IMG/VR virus record: IMGVR_UViG_3300027689_000001
Span: 86,001-150,000 of that record
DNA: 64,000 bases
Reading direction: 5' to 3' (one strand)
From: a virus
Taxonomy: Duplodnaviria; Caudoviricetes
Below, piece after piece: positions 62,107 to 64,000 of the stretch; position 1 is the first letter of the stretch, and each line of letters opens with the position of its first letter. The translations under genes were made by a program, and so were the position numbers. The notes below the pieces were generated by a model, which worked only from the letters and a program-made list of their open reading frames with translations, had not been told where the DNA came from and searched no databases.

Positions 62107-62459
62107 TATGCGATACTCCCGTAATCAACTGCATTATATGCAGCAACATTGTCTGTAATTAATCCATAATCCAGATCAGTAATCTGATTGAGACGAACGA
62201 TCGCAGTTCCAGGACTTGTTGCTGTATCAACGAAGAAGTCGCTGAATGCAGTATCAGCAAACGAGATTGTTGCTACCGATGTTGCTGCACCACCATCATT
62301 TACTTCAACACCACCAAGACTTACAACAGTACCGTCAGTTTTCTTGGAAAATATCTTTTTGTCAGTTAAATTGACTGCGAGTTCGCCTACAGCAAGTTGA
62401 CCATCTGTGGGTACTGCGCTGGCGGTTTCACTTCTTTTGATTTGAACTACTGTTGACAT
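62106..62459 (-). CDS. Small fibre/adaptor protein, paralogue of 60005-60424
   Basis: VQIKRSETA-A-P...GELAVNL-D...SKKTDG; C-terminal DYGLIT and DYGSI motifs. Confidence 0.75.
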   Translation of the reverse strand: MSTVVQIKRSETASAVPTDGQLAVGELAVNLTDKKIFSKKTDGTVVSLGGVEVNDGGAATSVATISFADTAFSDFFVDTATSPGTAIVRLNQITDLDYGLITDNVAAYNAVDYGSIA

Positions 62460-62468
62460 TCGTAAATC

Positions 62469-62705
62469 CTATCCGTCTTTTGTAAAGTTCGATTCTTCCC
62501 AGTCGGACTTAGCGGCTTTCTTTGCAGGCGTAGTAGACGCAAGATTTGCTGCCTCTTCTAATTCCTGGATCTTGGCTGTCAATTCAGCCACGGTCTCGTT
62601 TGCCATATTCAACTGAGTCTTCGTCATGATATTATCAAGAGTAATTGTTTTAAGTTGTTCGGCCAAATTATTAATATACGAATTGATGAACTTAGTTTGA
62701 TCCAT
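62469..62705 (-). CDS. Small coiled-coil protein (fibre chaperone candidate)
   Basis: Start ATG 62705 after GGAG; heptad pattern. Confidence 0.65.
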   Translation of the reverse strand: MDQTKFINSYINNLAEQLKTITLDNIMTKTQLNMANETVAELTAKIQELEEAANLASTTPAKKAAKSDWEESNFTKDG

Positions 62706-62722
62706 TATGTATCTCCACAGAG

Positions 62723-62762
62723 TTGGGGTGGGACAATCCCACCCCATTCTCATCTATTTATT
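62723..62762 (-). promoter_or_regulatory. Late promoter variant AATAAATA followed by a GC-rich leader hairpin
   Basis: GGGGTGGGA-TTG-TCCCACCCC immediately downstream of AATAAATA (62755-62762); no U-tract. Confidence 0.55.
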
Positions 62763-64000
62763 AGTATGTTCCACCGTCGATATTACCGAACGAAGGAGCA
62801 GCACCTGAACCACCGGATAGAAGAACTTGGCCTGCAGTTCCAGCAGCCGTAACACCGAGTGCAGAAGTGCCGTTACCGAACATAACGCCGTTAGCAGTAA
62901 ACGTTGCCGCACCAGTACCACCGTTTGCAACAGTGATTGCTGAAGCAAGCGACGAAATAGTTCCGCCCTCAAGGTTAGCAACAAGAGTAGCAATGGTGTA
63001 ACCAGTTGCCGCTGTGTTAACAGTTGTGGTTGGAGCAGCTTGTGAGTCCTTGAAGAGTCTCCACTTACCGTCTGAAGCATCGCGGAAGATACCTGAGTAA
63101 AGGTCTAGTGAACCGCTGGTATCATACATACCGAACAGACCGATGTCAACTGCGTCAGTTGCGTTATTGTCGTTACCAACAAACACGAGTGGATCGGTTA
63201 CGCTCAGAGTTGTCGAGTTAACAGTAGTTGTCGTTCCCGAAACTGTAAGGTTACCAGCAACTGTTACGTTAGCACCCGAAAGTGTAAGAGCAGTTGTTCC
63301 GCCAGATGACTTAATGTCGTTTCCTGTTACAGTCAAATCACCAGCAACGGCAACGTTAGCACCGTCAAGTGTAAGAGCAGTAGCAGAAGATGACTTGATA
63401 TCATTACCAGTTACGGTAAGATCACCAGCAACAGTAACGTCAGAACCAGCAAGAGTTAGAGCAGTAGCAGAAGATGACTTAATGTCATTTCCAGTAACTG
63501 TTAGGTCGCCAGCAACAGCAACATCTGCACCCGAAAGAGTGATAGAAGTTGTTCCGCCATTTGCCTTAATGTCGTTACCGCCAACTGTTAGGTCACCAAC
63601 AAGGGTAACATTTTCTGTAAGAGCAACAGTTACGGCAGCATCTTCAGAACCTGAACCTGTGATAGTAACTTGGTTTGCAGTTCCAGCAACAGTAGCAACA
63701 TAGTTACCAGTTGTGTCAGTTCCAAGAGCAACCGAGTTGGCAGCAATCGAAGCAACACCTGTTTCGCTGATTGTAATGTCGCCAGAAACGGCACCATAGA
63801 TGTAATCGCCAATATCTTCAGCAGTAATCTTTCTGTTTGCAGTCGCTGAGGCATCATAAACAAGGAATTCGTCTGCATCAGCAAGTGCTGTCAGAGCAGT
63901 AGTTCCGTTTACGTCAACAACGATACCTACTGAATTGTCTGAAATCGTTGTCTTGATACCAGCAGTACCAGCAAAAGTCAGAGTTCCACCAGTCGAGAAG
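62761..64000 (-). CDS. Tail-fibre-like protein (5' end outside the window)
   Basis: Frame open from the window edge to 62761 by manual translation; Thr/Gly/Ala-rich; ends FGNIDGGTY. Confidence 0.85.
   Translation of the reverse strand, partial: FSTGGTLTFAGTAGIKTTISDNSVGIVVDVNGTTALTALADADEFLVYDASATANRKITAEDIGDYIYGAVSGDITISETGVASIAANSVALGTDTTGNYVATVAGTANQVTITGSGSEDAAVTVALTENVTLVGDLTVGGNDIKANGGTTSITLSGADVAVAGDLTVTGNDIKSSSATALTLAGSDVTVAGDLTVTGNDIKSSSATALTLDGANVAVAGDLTVTGNDIKSSGGTTALTLSGANVTVAGNLTVSGTTTTVNSTTLSVTDPLVFVGNDNNATDAVDIGLFGMYDTSGSLDLYSGIFRDASDGKWRLFKDSQAAPTTTVNTAATGYTIATLVANLEGGTISSLASAITVANGGTGAATFTANGVMFGNGTSALGVTAAGTAGQVLLSGGSGAAPSFGNIDGGTY
63241..63600 (-). repeat. Coding tandem repeat, about 4.3 copies of a 28-29 aa unit
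   Basis: Unit GDLTVTGNDIKSS(S/G)xTALTLxGxxVxVA. Confidence 0.9.

Noticed and set aside
60905-63703. Long plus-strand ORFs (60905, 61355, 63143; also 6616, 6887, 30766, 34479, 35454)
   Set aside because: They are antisense shadows of well-supported minus-strand genes, with no motifs, SD or promoters.

Overview
This window is part of the genome of a large lytic T4-like myovirus of the aquatic, cyanophage/pelagiphage-like gene order, with no photosynthesis genes here. Essentially all genes are on the minus strand. In transcription order (right to left) it holds: fibre and adaptor genes; neck, terminase, sheath, tube, portal, prohead and capsid genes (gp13-gp23, gp3); uvsY/uvsW, late sigma gp55, gp47/gp46; an accessory block (radical SAM, peptide deformylase, ClpP-like, HAD phosphatase, vWA-peptidase plus MoxR/CobS-like ATPase); the replisome (gp45, gp44, gp62, regA, gp43, uvsX, gp41, gp61) interleaved with peroxiredoxin, an LpxH-like phosphoesterase, Hsp20, a thermonuclease, a 2OG-Fe(II) oxygenase, tRNA-Arg(UCU) and a glycosyltransferase; a late island of probable head-packaged proteins with lysis genes; then thyX, an epimerase, a MazG-like fusion and the 5' part of nrdA. 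Spanins show the host is Gram-negative, and several clues point to an alphaproteobacterium (inference). The strongest candidate for a new system is a set of proteins with T4-type capsid-targeting N-termini and repeated prohead-protease (L/I/V-x-E) sites. It includes very His-rich enzymes carrying three unrelated nucleotidyltransferase folds (ligase-like, Pol-beta-like, HIGH-like) and a Pnk-like HAD phosphatase, possibly an injected nucleic-acid repair or anti-defence kit. Other notable items are an embedded lambda-type Rz1, a ROSE-like RNA thermometer, two candidate structured RNAs, a family of 12 early promoters (one antisense, two predicting leaderless mRNAs), a probable gene-deletion scar, a triple-start membrane protein, and a modular fibre-docking gene set. 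All annotation comes from motif recognition by eye; no database search was run.
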